DNA of 64,000 nucleotides from Candidatus Latescibacterota bacterium (GCA_965116885.1 OZ220741.1:2016001-2080000), one strand, 5' to 3'; shown: positions 37,453 through 46,600, counted from the first letter of the stretch. Made by a program: numbers and translations. Notes: generated from the letters alone by a model not told the origin.

Positions 37453-37872
37453 ATGTTCTTCACACTTCTCTTCATCACGCTCGTAGTCGCCGCTCTCGTG
37501 TCTTTTATCGCCGTGCGTGCGTTTAGCAGCGCGATTACCAGTATTCTTCATCGGCTTATTGATGATGCGATAGCAAGCGCGTGGGTGCGCTATATGAAGT
37601 TTGCGATTTTTGTGGTGGGTATTTCTGGCGGTGTGCGTGTTCGTTCGCTGGAGCGTTATATTTTGCCGCAGGAGCATTTCGATTCCGCAGGTAAATCCCG
37701 CGATATGCCGCCCTTTGAGCTGACTACCGAACGCTGGGTGCTCGAGATTTATCGCACGATTATCGAGTCCCTGCAATCTATCGCGTGGATGTTGCTCGTC
37801 TTTTTTATCGTGTCACTCGGTATGTACATTGTCGTGCGTATCTTTGAAATGCGACGAGGGACGAGCGAGTGA
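37453..37872 (+). CDS. Hypothetical membrane protein (about 3 TM helices)
   Basis: GGAGG RBS before MFFTLLF; hydrophobic helices. Confidence 0.75.
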   Translation: MFFTLLFITLVVAALVSFIAVRAFSSAITSILHRLIDDAIASAWVRYMKFAIFVVGISGGVRVRSLERYILPQEHFDSAGKSRDMPPFELTTERWVLEIYRTIIESLQSIAWMLLVFFIVSLGMYIVVRIFEMRRGTSE

Positions 37873-37942
37873 TGAGTAGAGAGGGCGATAAAGCGCTGGA
37901 CATCGGATTGCAGAGAATTATATTGGCGCAAAGGGGTCTGGT

Positions 37943-38473
37943 ATGGAGAAAATAGAGAAAAAAGTGATACCGGGCTGGACCGGGAGATGCTATGAGGATT
38001 TCGAGGTGGGCGAAATCTATCGAAGCCGGTTCGGGCGGACGGTGACGACGGCTGACAATCAGTTGTTCACGCACCTGACCCTGAATACCAATCCGCTTCA
38101 CTTTGACGAGGAGTACGCCCGCCGAACGCGGTGGGGAAAGATCCTGGTGAATAGCACGTTTACGCTCGCGCTGGTCGTGGGAATGAGTGTCCCGGACGTG
38201 AGCGAACAGGCGATGGCGAATCTGGGTTGGAGCGAGATCCGGCTTCCGAACCCGGTATTTGTGGGAGATACGCTCTATTGCGAGACGGAGGTGCTCGCCA
38301 GGCGAGAGTCGAAGTCGTACCCGGAAGCGGGTATCGTGAAGGTGCGCACGCGGGGCGTGAATCAGCACGGCCGCGTCGTCATAGATCTGACTCGCAGCGT
38401 GATGGTCTATAAGAGGGCGCACGCGCCGTCGGAGGATGCCTTTCCCGAAATTCACGAGGAGAAAGGCGGATGA
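37943..38473 (+). CDS. MaoC-family (R)-specific enoyl-CoA hydratase, RipB/itaconyl-CoA hydratase-like
   Basis: GRCYEDFEVG..GRTVT..DN..NPLHFD..NLGW..PVFVGDTLY. Confidence 0.9.
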   Translation: MEKIEKKVIPGWTGRCYEDFEVGEIYRSRFGRTVTTADNQLFTHLTLNTNPLHFDEEYARRTRWGKILVNSTFTLALVVGMSVPDVSEQAMANLGWSEIRLPNPVFVGDTLYCETEVLARRESKSYPEAGIVKVRTRGVNQHGRVVIDLTRSVMVYKRAHAPSEDAFPEIHEEKGG

Positions 38474-39327
38474 AGTCGATGCGGTCCTGGCTTTTTGTGC
38501 CGGGGCACCGGCAGCAGATGATTGACAAGGCCCTGGGTCTGCCAGCGGATGTGTTGATATTCGATCTGGAGGACGGCGTCCCGGAGGCTGAGAAGGGCGT
38601 TGCGCGCGGTCGTGTCGCTGCCGCGCTGGACGGCGCATGTGGCGGCTCAAGGCGGTTCGTTAGAGTTCACGAGGCCGGTTCATCCGAATTGGACGCCGAT
38701 TTGCAGGCGATCGCGCGTGCGGGGTTGCAGGGACTCGTGTTGCCCAAAGTGCAGGGACCGGAGGATGTGCTTCAGGTATGCCAGTGGTTGGATCGGCACG
38801 AGACCAGAGTGGGTATTCCATCTGGAGGCGTCGGGCTTCTGGCAATCATTGAGAGTGCCCGGGGTCTGGTTCAGGCGCCTGCGATCGCATCCGTCACATC
38901 CAGGCTGGTGGGGCTTATGTTCGGCGCGGAGGATTTCGCGTTGGATATGGGCCTCTTTTCGCATCCGGGACAGGGATTGGTCAACTACGCCCGATCGGCG
39001 CTGGCGGTGGCTGCGGCAAGCGGGAAAATTCGGGCTATAGACAAGGTGTTTACGGATATCAGCGATCCTGACGGGCTGTCCGTGGAGGCGCAACAGGCTC
39101 GGGATCTGGGATTTGCTGGAAAAGCCGTGATCCATCCGGGTCAGGTTGGGGCAGTGAATGAAATTTTCGGTCCCACGGAGGCCGAGGAGAGGTGGGCACG
39201 GCGAATTGTTGAGGCTTTTGAACGGCGGGCGGACGAAGGCCCGGCGACCGTGGATGGTCGGATGGTAGATAGGCCGATTCTGGAACGGGCGCGATGGATC
39301 CTGGATCGCCTTGAGAAAGAGGGTTAA
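38470..39327 (+). CDS. CitE/HpcH family CoA-ester lyase (citramalyl-CoA lyase-like)
   Basis: RSWLFVPG; DLEDGV; LPKV; IESARG; FGAEDF; GFAGKAVIHPGQ; DGRMVDRP; ATGA overlap with the upstream gene. Confidence 0.93.
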   Translation: MKSMRSWLFVPGHRQQMIDKALGLPADVLIFDLEDGVPEAEKGVARGRVAAALDGACGGSRRFVRVHEAGSSELDADLQAIARAGLQGLVLPKVQGPEDVLQVCQWLDRHETRVGIPSGGVGLLAIIESARGLVQAPAIASVTSRLVGLMFGAEDFALDMGLFSHPGQGLVNYARSALAVAAASGKIRAIDKVFTDISDPDGLSVEAQQARDLGFAGKAVIHPGQVGAVNEIFGPTEAEERWARRIVEAFERRADEGPATVDGRMVDRPILERARWILDRLEKEG

Positions 39328-39328
39328 C

Positions 39329-40534
39329 TTGCACGATCAAAACCAATATCCGCCCCTGGATGGAATAAGAATTGTCTCGGTGGAGCAGTTCGGAGCGGGT
39401 CCGTGGGCAACGATGATGCTGGCGGACCTCGGGGCGGAGATCATCAAGGTCGAGAATCCCGAGACTGGTGGCGATGTCGCGCGTTATGTGCCACCCTATA
39501 CCGCTGAACAGGATAGCGTGTATTTCCAGAGTTTCAACCGGAACAAGAAGAGTATGACGCTGAATTTGCAGCATATAGGAGGGCGGGAGGTGTTGCATCG
39601 GCTGGTGGGGATTTCGGATGGGGTGTTCAACAATCTGCGCGGAGACCTTCCGGCCCGGCTGGGTTTGGACTATCCGGCGCTGCGTGCGGTTAAGGCTTCA
39701 ATTGTGTGTTGCTCGCTTTCCGCGTTCGGACGGCATGGGTCTCGAGCGGGCGAACCGGGATACGATTATCTGATGCAGGGATATGCCGGATGGATGAGTC
39801 TTACGGGCGAGCCAGATGGTCCACCGACGAAGACAGGACTTTCCCTCGTGGATCTCGGCGCGGGCACCATGGCGTCTCTGGGCATGGTCAGCGCGATTTT
39901 TCGCGCCAGACAGACGGGCTTGGGGTGCGATGTAGATGTGAATTTGTTCGATACGGCGCTGGCGAATCTGGGATATGTGGCGGCGTGGTTCCTGACCAGA
40001 GGGTATCAGGCGCATCGGACGCCCGATTCTTCTCATCCATCACAGATCCCGTCTCAGGTGGTGCCGACTAAGGACGGATGGCTGGTGATCATGTGCGCAA
40101 AGGAGAAGTTCTTTCAAAATCTGGTACGCGTCCTGGGGGTGCCGGAACTGGCGGAAGATGCCCGGTTCTGCTCTTTTGCTGATCGCTTGGAGAATCGGGA
40201 TATTCTGGTTCCGATTCTGAAGGATCTCTTCCGCAAGAAGACAACCGACGATTGGCTGGCGCTGCTCAAGGGCAAGGTGCCCTGCGCGCCCGTGAATACG
40301 GTTGCGCAGGCTTTTGCCGATCCGCAGGTGGCCGAGGATAATATGATACTGGAGTTGCCGCATCCGGAGTTCGGAGCCGTCCGGGTGGTGGCGAGTCCCA
40401 TAGAGGTCGGCGGTGGATCAGTTGAACCCCGGCGCGGGCCTTCACTGGGGGAACACAACGAGCCGATTCTGAGTGAATATCTCGGATATTCAATGCCAGA
40501 GATTGAGAAACTCCGAAGCGATGGCGCCATTTGA
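39329..40534 (+). CDS. Family III CoA-transferase (CaiB/BaiF)
   Basis: PLDGIRIV..AGPWATMMLADLGAEIIKVE; NRNKKS; PGYD; LGEHN. Start is TTG at 39329 or 39311. Confidence 0.95.
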   Translation: MHDQNQYPPLDGIRIVSVEQFGAGPWATMMLADLGAEIIKVENPETGGDVARYVPPYTAEQDSVYFQSFNRNKKSMTLNLQHIGGREVLHRLVGISDGVFNNLRGDLPARLGLDYPALRAVKASIVCCSLSAFGRHGSRAGEPGYDYLMQGYAGWMSLTGEPDGPPTKTGLSLVDLGAGTMASLGMVSAIFRARQTGLGCDVDVNLFDTALANLGYVAAWFLTRGYQAHRTPDSSHPSQIPSQVVPTKDGWLVIMCAKEKFFQNLVRVLGVPELAEDARFCSFADRLENRDILVPILKDLFRKKTTDDWLALLKGKVPCAPVNTVAQAFADPQVAEDNMILELPHPEFGAVRVVASPIEVGGGSVEPRRGPSLGEHNEPILSEYLGYSMPEIEKLRSDGAI

Positions 40535-40538
40535 ATTT

Positions 40539-41906
40539 TCATGCATTGGGCAATTCTGTCCGCAATGCGAATTTTTCTTCGGGCGTTCCCGCGCCTTTTA
40601 ATACTTCCAGATACGCTTTGTGCAGTCGCTGTGCTTCGGCCATGTTTTGCTGGTTATACACGTTGTTCTTTTGCGCGAGGTCTGTTTGGAGGTTGTATAG
40701 TTCCGCTGGCCAGTTGGGTCCGCGATAGTGCAAGGTCCAGTTGCCGTCTGTGATGCTGGAACACACGCTGCGGTCTTCGCGCACGGGCAGGGTTGCCGAT
40801 GTGACGGCGACTTTTCGTTGTTCTTCTGTTTTTTCGCCTTTTAAGATGGGGGCGACGGATATCCCGTGCAGTCCATCGGGTTTTTTTATGCCTGCAAGGT
40901 CGAGTATTGTGGGCATGAAATCGACGGGTTGTGTTAAAACTTTTGTGCGTTTTCCCGCTGCGTTGCTGCCTGGTACATAGCCCATGAAAGCTGTGTGGGA
41001 TACTTCTTCGTAATAGGGCCAGTCGCCATCTGGTCCCTGTCCGCTTTTGCCAATGCGCCCGTGATCGCCGATGTAGTGTCCGTGGTCAGACATGAAGATT
41101 ACGGCTGTGTCTTCCCAGAGATTCAGGTTTTCTACTTTTTCCAACAGGTGTCCGACCCAGGTGTCCATGAGTGTGACTTCACCTGCGTATAGTGCGCGCG
41201 TGTGTTTGATTTCTTCTGCGCTCAGGTAATCGCAGTAGTCGTAAATGGGATGGTCGATGACTTCGCCTGTGTATCCGGGGTTGTACATATTGACGTAATG
41301 CGCGGGGGGGTCCCACGGTTCGTGGGGGTCAAAGGTGTCGATGTAGAGGAAGAATTTTTCGTGGGTGTGATTTGCTTCCAGCCAGTCTGCGGCGCGTTGC
41401 ATGGTGCGGGCGACAAAGGTGTCGCGTTCTGTTTCCCAGTGTGCTGCGCGCCAGCGATAGTGATATTGTTGCATGCGCTCAGGTGTGCGAATTTTTTCGG
41501 GGACTGATTCGAAGGGGACGGGTACATCGTCTGTGATTGAGCGGTCGCCTTCTTGCCCGCGAATCCATTCCCAGCCCAAAAATCCGCGGTCAAATTGATG
41601 TCCGTCTCTTACCAGGTGCGGTGTATCGCATAAGAGCATGGTGACATACCCCGCGTCTGTGAGGAGTTCGGATAAGATGATTTCATCTTCGGGGAGCGGT
41701 GTCCAGCCGCGAAAGGGAAATGTCAACCTGCCGGTCATCATGTCTGTGCGCGTGGGTATTGTTGGGAACGATGCCTGATACGCGCGGTCAAAGACCATGC
41801 AGCGTTTGGAGAATGCGTCTATATGCGGTGTGCGGATCCATGTATTTCCGTGACAGCCCAGGTGATCGTAACGCAGGGTGTCGGACATTACGACAATGAT
41901 GTTCAT
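40539..41906 (-). CDS. Sulfatase-like hydrolase (alkaline phosphatase superfamily) with Thr at the nucleophile position
   Basis: NIIVVMSDTLRYDH; SFPTIPTRTDMMTG; FDPHEPW; SDHG; ELYNL..D. Confidence 0.88.
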   Translation of the reverse strand: MNIIVVMSDTLRYDHLGCHGNTWIRTPHIDAFSKRCMVFDRAYQASFPTIPTRTDMMTGRLTFPFRGWTPLPEDEIILSELLTDAGYVTMLLCDTPHLVRDGHQFDRGFLGWEWIRGQEGDRSITDDVPVPFESVPEKIRTPERMQQYHYRWRAAHWETERDTFVARTMQRAADWLEANHTHEKFFLYIDTFDPHEPWDPPAHYVNMYNPGYTGEVIDHPIYDYCDYLSAEEIKHTRALYAGEVTLMDTWVGHLLEKVENLNLWEDTAVIFMSDHGHYIGDHGRIGKSGQGPDGDWPYYEEVSHTAFMGYVPGSNAAGKRTKVLTQPVDFMPTILDLAGIKKPDGLHGISVAPILKGEKTEEQRKVAVTSATLPVREDRSVCSSITDGNWTLHYRGPNWPAELYNLQTDLAQKNNVYNQQNMAEAQRLHKAYLEVLKGAGTPEEKFALRTELPNA

Positions 41907-42085
41907 GTGTGACCCTCCAAAAAAGGTTTCTGAGTGCTGAGAATTGAGCTTGGGTAAAATAATTCCTTTTTTTAATTCTGCAACACGAACGCCAGATGGT
42001 TCAAAATGGGGTTGCGGTTTGTATATTTTTTTATCTATGTTTTTGAGGGTGAATATTTACGATCACACGCATTTGGGAGGAGATG

Positions 42086-42970
42086 ATGGATTCTATTTAT
42101 GGGATTGTGCCGCCAGTGGTGACGCCGTTTCGGGAGGATGACTCGCTTGATGAGGGGGCGTTTCGTGCGGATATTCAGTATATGATTGAGACGGCGAAGG
42201 TGCATGGGTTGGCGGTGACGGGGAGTACGGGCGAGGGGCATACGCTCAGAGATGATGAGGTGAGGCAGTTGACGCAATGGGCCGTGGAGGAAGCCGATGG
42301 GCGAGTGCCTGTGATTACGGGGATTATTACGGACAGTACGAAGTCGGCAATTGAGCGCGGGAAGGCTGTGGCCGATTTGGGTCCGGTGGCGTTGCAGGTG
42401 ACGCCGGTGCATTATTTGTTTCGGCCAGACGATGATGCGATGGTCAGGCATTTTGAGGCGTTGTGTGAGGGGACGGGGTTGCCGGTGATGATTTACAATG
42501 TGGTGCCGTGGACGTATTTGTCGCCGGAGTTGTTGACGCGGATTATTGACGAGGTGGAGGGTGTGGTGGGGGTGAAGCAGAGTGCGGGAGATATGAAGTT
42601 GCTGGCTGATTTGTTGTTGATGGCCGGAGATCGAGCGCGGATTATGACTGCGGTAGATGCGTTGTTGTATCCGTCATTTGTTTTGGGTGCACACGGTGCG
42701 ATTGCGGCGATTTTGACGGCGGTGCCCGAGTTGTGTGTGGCGGTGTGGGATGCGTGTCGTGCAGGTGATCATAAAAAGGCGTTGGATTTACACGAGAAGT
42801 TGCTGCCGATTTGGAATGCGATTTTTGATGATAATTTGCCCGCAAATACCAAGTATGCGATGAAGCTACAGGGGCGCGATGGGGGTGTGCCGCGCCCGCC
42901 AATGCCACCGTCGTCTGCCGAGCAGGAGGGGCAGGTTCAGGCGGCATTGGAGAATGCAGGTGTGGTTTAA
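42086..42970 (+). CDS. Dihydrodipicolinate synthase family aldolase/dehydratase
   Basis: PPVVTPF; GSTGEG; IYNV; GVKQSAGD (Schiff-base Lys). Confidence 0.92.
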   Translation: MDSIYGIVPPVVTPFREDDSLDEGAFRADIQYMIETAKVHGLAVTGSTGEGHTLRDDEVRQLTQWAVEEADGRVPVITGIITDSTKSAIERGKAVADLGPVALQVTPVHYLFRPDDDAMVRHFEALCEGTGLPVMIYNVVPWTYLSPELLTRIIDEVEGVVGVKQSAGDMKLLADLLLMAGDRARIMTAVDALLYPSFVLGAHGAIAAILTAVPELCVAVWDACRAGDHKKALDLHEKLLPIWNAIFDDNLPANTKYAMKLQGRDGGVPRPPMPPSSAEQEGQVQAALENAGVV

Positions 42971-44343
42971 TCTTTGGACTTCATCCGGATTGGCATTAAT
43001 AATGCCAGCCATTCCGCATTCAGAGGCGTGCGCAAGATGATCGCTTTTCCCTGTTCTCTAAATTCCATTGTGATTTCATCGCTGTCTTCAATATCCAGCG
43101 CATGCAGGACCTGTTTTAGATACGCGAAGTTCACGGCGAACCTGAGTGTGTCTTCTGATGGTGTTTCAAATTTGGCATTGAGGGGGACCTGAAATATCCA
43201 ATCCGCAATGCCTCCTGGCGAGTCGTTATCTTTCGCGTCGTGGAGATATTGGAATTTGCCATTGTCTTCTCGAGCATATCCCGTATCTCGGGATGTGAGA
43301 AAGGTTATGGTTTGGGTCAGTGGCGAGAGGTGTAGATCTACCCGGGGGCGATATTGCCAGGTATCTGATTCTGGATGCCGCGCTTCCATGAAGTCTTGTA
43401 GTAAGTTCAGGGCGTGTGCTAGAAGAGCCGAGGGGATGGAAACGCGCATTGAGGGATCTTCTTGTGGGATGACCTGTTCGTATTTGACATAAGGACCTTC
43501 GATCAGGGGTACCTGAAGGGTTGTGCCGTTGCTCTGGATTTCTGCGGTCTCTTCCGCAATTTTCAATGTGGCCTGTTCGGGGAGTTGGATGTCTGACCAG
43601 GGTCCGAGGACAATGGGTGCGGCCAATTCCGAGAGGCTTTGCAATGTGCGAATGATCATGATATGTCCGTTGGTCGCAGTCGCGCGACCGCCTGTGTCGA
43701 GACATACGCCCTGCAAGATCGGGCGTTTTTCATCGTCGCTTACAAAACCAATTACTTTTTTGAGCGCGTCCATGTCCGCGCGGTCCAGTTCAGTTGTTTG
43801 TGTTTGAATATCCGACATTTTGTGTAGCTCTCCTTTTAATTTGAGACGCGCACGCCTCAGGCGCCCGCGCACGGTTTCTACCGTGAGGTTCAGGAGGTCG
43901 GCTGTTTCCGCGTAAGAATACCCTTTGAAATAGTGGTGGGCGATTACCTGGCGATGTTCAGCCGATAGGATGCGTAGCGCGGCTCGTACAACATGTTTGA
44001 TTTCTTCTTCTGTGTGCGCTGCAGGTTCTGGATAAAATGTTTCTTCCAGTCGCAATTGCACGGCTCGACGGCGATGATGGGAGTTGACGGCGTTGCGTAC
44101 GATGCTGTGTAACCAGGGTCTAAATCGGTCGGGTTTGCGAAGTTGATGCAGATTTTCGTACGCTTTGATAAATACGATTTGGACCAGGTCTTCTACGTCG
44201 TCAACCAATCGCACAGATTGGGCAATTTGGGCATACACATATCGCGAATAGCGTTGCACCAGAACTGCGAATGCTTTGCGGTCGCCGTCCAGAATTCTGG
44301 CGATGAGCGCGCTGTCTTCAATGTGTTCCACGAATTGCTCCAA
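42967..44343 (-). CDS. ECF sigma-70 factor fused to DNA polymerase III beta-clamp domains II+III
   Basis: aa 1-172 are sigma regions 2 and 4 (DDVEDLVQIVFIKAY..FRPWLHSIVRN; GYSYAETADLLNLTVETVRGRLRRAR). aa ~190-455 carry DnaN motifs (VSDDEKRPILQGV, ATNGH, LIEGPYVKYEQVIP, FAVNFAYL, LLMPIRM). Confidence 0.88.
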   Translation of the reverse strand: MEQFVEHIEDSALIARILDGDRKAFAVLVQRYSRYVYAQIAQSVRLVDDVEDLVQIVFIKAYENLHQLRKPDRFRPWLHSIVRNAVNSHHRRRAVQLRLEETFYPEPAAHTEEEIKHVVRAALRILSAEHRQVIAHHYFKGYSYAETADLLNLTVETVRGRLRRARLKLKGELHKMSDIQTQTTELDRADMDALKKVIGFVSDDEKRPILQGVCLDTGGRATATNGHIMIIRTLQSLSELAAPIVLGPWSDIQLPEQATLKIAEETAEIQSNGTTLQVPLIEGPYVKYEQVIPQEDPSMRVSIPSALLAHALNLLQDFMEARHPESDTWQYRPRVDLHLSPLTQTITFLTSRDTGYAREDNGKFQYLHDAKDNDSPGGIADWIFQVPLNAKFETPSEDTLRFAVNFAYLKQVLHALDIEDSDEITMEFREQGKAIILRTPLNAEWLALLMPIRMKSKD

Positions 44344-44374
44344 GAGAAATCAATCCACGCGTGTTTAAATAAAA

Positions 44375-44400
44375 GACGAGTCTGTATCCCGAAAGTGTCG
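44375..44400 (-). promoter_or_regulatory. Candidate ECF-type promoter of the sigma-clamp gene
   Basis: Minus strand CGACAC-16 nt-CGTC, between the upstream terminator and the start codon. Confidence 0.4.
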
Positions 44401-44409
44401 TATGGATAT

Positions 44410-44441
44410 AAAAAAAGCCCCGGATTGTTCCGAGGCTTTTT
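44410..44441. terminator. Intrinsic terminator of the PhyH gene at 44456
   Basis: Minus strand AAAAAGCCTCGGA-ACAA-TCCGGGGCTTTTTTT. Confidence 0.85.
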
Positions 44442-44455
44442 GATTTTGGGGACTT

Positions 44456-45274
44456 TTAAGCATTGGGACACTTAAAGTCCAGGCCGTCCATGATGACTTT
44501 GATCTGATCGGATGGTTTAAAATAATCTGTCGCCGTATATTTTTCGCCCAGGTCGCCCATTAACCGACGGCGGCGAGGTGTCATGCGGGATAGCACTTCT
44601 TCGGGACATTTTTCATAATCGTAGGGCCTGCACCACATTTGTCCATACCGGAAGGTGATGCTGCGCCGCACGACGTCTGTGTGATTTGGTGCGACGGCGT
44701 GCCACATGGTGTTGGGGAAGATCGCGCAATCTCCCGCTTCGGCAATGAGTTGTATTGCACCGGGCGGTGTTTCATTGCGGGATCCTTTGGGCATTGGGCG
44801 GCGATGACTGCCGGGTACCAGACAGAAGTTTGCACAATTTTCGTGTGGAATATCGGTGAGGAAGAACTGTATTTTGAAGTTTAATGGCAGACTGTCTGGC
44901 GTGACCCGAATTTGTGCCAGTGAGCGTCCGGCATCGGTGTGCCAGCCGATCAAGTTATCGGATTTGTCATTTGGATAGCGTACGTAAATTTGCGATCCCA
45001 TGATCTGGATATAAGGTCCCATCAGGTCGAGGATGACGCCAAATAAGTTGGGGTGGTCCATTAATCCGTCGATCCGATTCGTTCGGAAGAGCGTTTGGAT
45101 GATGGTATAGACGCCTTTTTCGAGTACTTTGGGATATTTGGCTTCGTACTTCGCGATTACTTCATTGGCCGCGTCGAGATATTCCGCTGCTTCGTCTTTG
45201 GGAATTACATTTTTAAGATGTAAATATCCCTGTTCCTGCCACTGTTGCCGCATGGATTTGCTCAAGTGGTTCAT
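44456..45274 (-). CDS. PhyH family dioxygenase
   Basis: QGYLHL; WHTD; LVPGSH; AGD..WH. Confidence 0.92.
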   Translation of the reverse strand: MNHLSKSMRQQWQEQGYLHLKNVIPKDEAAEYLDAANEVIAKYEAKYPKVLEKGVYTIIQTLFRTNRIDGLMDHPNLFGVILDLMGPYIQIMGSQIYVRYPNDKSDNLIGWHTDAGRSLAQIRVTPDSLPLNFKIQFFLTDIPHENCANFCLVPGSHRRPMPKGSRNETPPGAIQLIAEAGDCAIFPNTMWHAVAPNHTDVVRRSITFRYGQMWCRPYDYEKCPEEVLSRMTPRRRRLMGDLGEKYTATDYFKPSDQIKVIMDGLDFKCPNA

Positions 45275-45387
45275 GTCAAAGCTCCTGTTTTTTGAATGTT
45301 GTTTTAGACCTTAGCCCTTGCCTGATGGTGTATAATGCGATATTTTCTCGATGAAACTATCGGAAAACAATATAAAAGGAGGCTTTT

Positions 45388-45708
45388 ATGCTCGTGTTGA
45401 CAACCCCCAATATTGAAGGGAAAACTATTGATAGCTATCAGGGCATTGTGACGGGTGAAGCTATTTTGGGTGCCAATTTTTTTAAGGATATCTTTGCGAG
45501 TCTCCGCGATATTGTCGGCGGGCGTTCAGCCGCGTATGAGTCAGAACTCCGCAGAGCCAAAGATCTCGCCATTGAGGAAATGGTCGAACAGGCACGCGGT
45601 ATGGGCGCCAATGCCGTCATTGGCGTGGATCTCGACTACGATACGGTTGGCGAGGGCAGTATGCTTATGGTCAGTGCCAGTGGCACGGCTGTTACTTATC
45701 GGAATTGA
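45388..45708 (+). CDS. ybjQ: YbjQ/UPF0145 family protein
   Basis: [59 protein letters not shown]. Confidence 0.95.
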   Translation: MLVLTTPNIEGKTIDSYQGIVTGEAILGANFFKDIFASLRDIVGGRSAAYESELRRAKDLAIEEMVEQARGMGANAVIGVDLDYDTVGEGSMLMVSASGTAVTYRN

Positions 45709-46584
45709 GACGTTCGTTATTTTGTATTGTGTTTTGGAAAATTTCGATTCTTTCACCACGGTTTGCGATTCGTAAATGGATCCGCTTCGGAGTGCGCCCG
45801 GCCAGGGCATTCTCACGGGTACGGCTTCCACGCGCGGGATGTTGGTCGGTTCGCCGCGCACGATTGTTTCATTGAACAAATCCCAGTTGTTCAGGCCCGA
45901 TAGGGGATATGCATCGATCGCGCAGTATTGAAATAGGAGCAGTCGGCGGGGTTTGTCGGATGTATTGGATACTGATCCGTGTAGCATGCGCACGTGATGG
46001 ATTGTGATGCCGCCTGCTTTTACCATTACGGGCACGGCGCCTTTGTCGCTAAAGGTCGAGTCGGTTACGGCGCCGCAGAAATGGCCGTCGAGGTGATGGT
46101 CGTAAATTGGCCCTTTGTGTGAGCCGGGAATGACGAGCAAGGGGCCGTTTTCTTCTGTCATGTCGTCGAGTACTATGCCCACGGCGAGCAAGTCGTCGTT
46201 GCTATGGGGATAAAATGCCCAGTCCTGATGCCACTCGACCGGGCTGCCGTAGCCGGGTTGTTTCATGTTGAGCTTGTTGCCATTGCACCGCAGGCCGTAT
46301 CCGATCAATTGCGATACGATTCCCAAAATTTTCTCGTGATGCAGGGTCTTGCGATATACTTCATGTAGCAAAATCGGACTTTTTAAGCGTCTCAGTTTTG
46401 GGTTTTCGGGTGTGTGTCCGGGTTCGAGGTCGAATGCTTCGGTGTGATCGGTGACCTCCCGCGATTTTTCCACATATTCATCGGTTATCCGCCGCAGGTC
46501 GTTGACTTCGTCTTCACTGAGCACGTTCTCCACACCGAGATATCCGTGTTCGTGGTAAAACGCAATTTGTTCTTGAGTGAGCAT
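45541..46584 (-). CDS. PhyH family dioxygenase (C-terminal ~58 aa probably stop-loss read-through)
   Basis: [21 protein letters not shown]. The ORF overlaps ybjQ by 168 nt. Confidence 0.88.
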   Translation of the reverse strand: MLTQEQIAFYHEHGYLGVENVLSEDEVNDLRRITDEYVEKSREVTDHTEAFDLEPGHTPENPKLRRLKSPILLHEVYRKTLHHEKILGIVSQLIGYGLRCNGNKLNMKQPGYGSPVEWHQDWAFYPHSNDDLLAVGIVLDDMTEENGPLLVIPGSHKGPIYDHHLDGHFCGAVTDSTFSDKGAVPVMVKAGGITIHHVRMLHGSVSNTSDKPRRLLLFQYCAIDAYPLSGLNNWDLFNETIVRGEPTNIPRVEAVPVRMPWPGALRSGSIYESQTVVKESKFSKTQYKITNVSIPISNSRATGTDHKHTALANRIVVEIHANDGIGAHTACLFDHFLNGEIFGSAEF

Positions 46585-46600
46585 GGGTTACTCCTTCTTT

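Noticed and set aside
42086..42970. Assigning the symbol dapA
   Set aside because: GSTGE and the catabolic neighbourhood fit a non-DapA family member; no lysine-pathway genes are nearby
42967..43818. The replicative dnaN gene
   Set aside because: It lacks domain I, is fused to a sigma factor, is divergent and has no dnaA/recF/gyrB context
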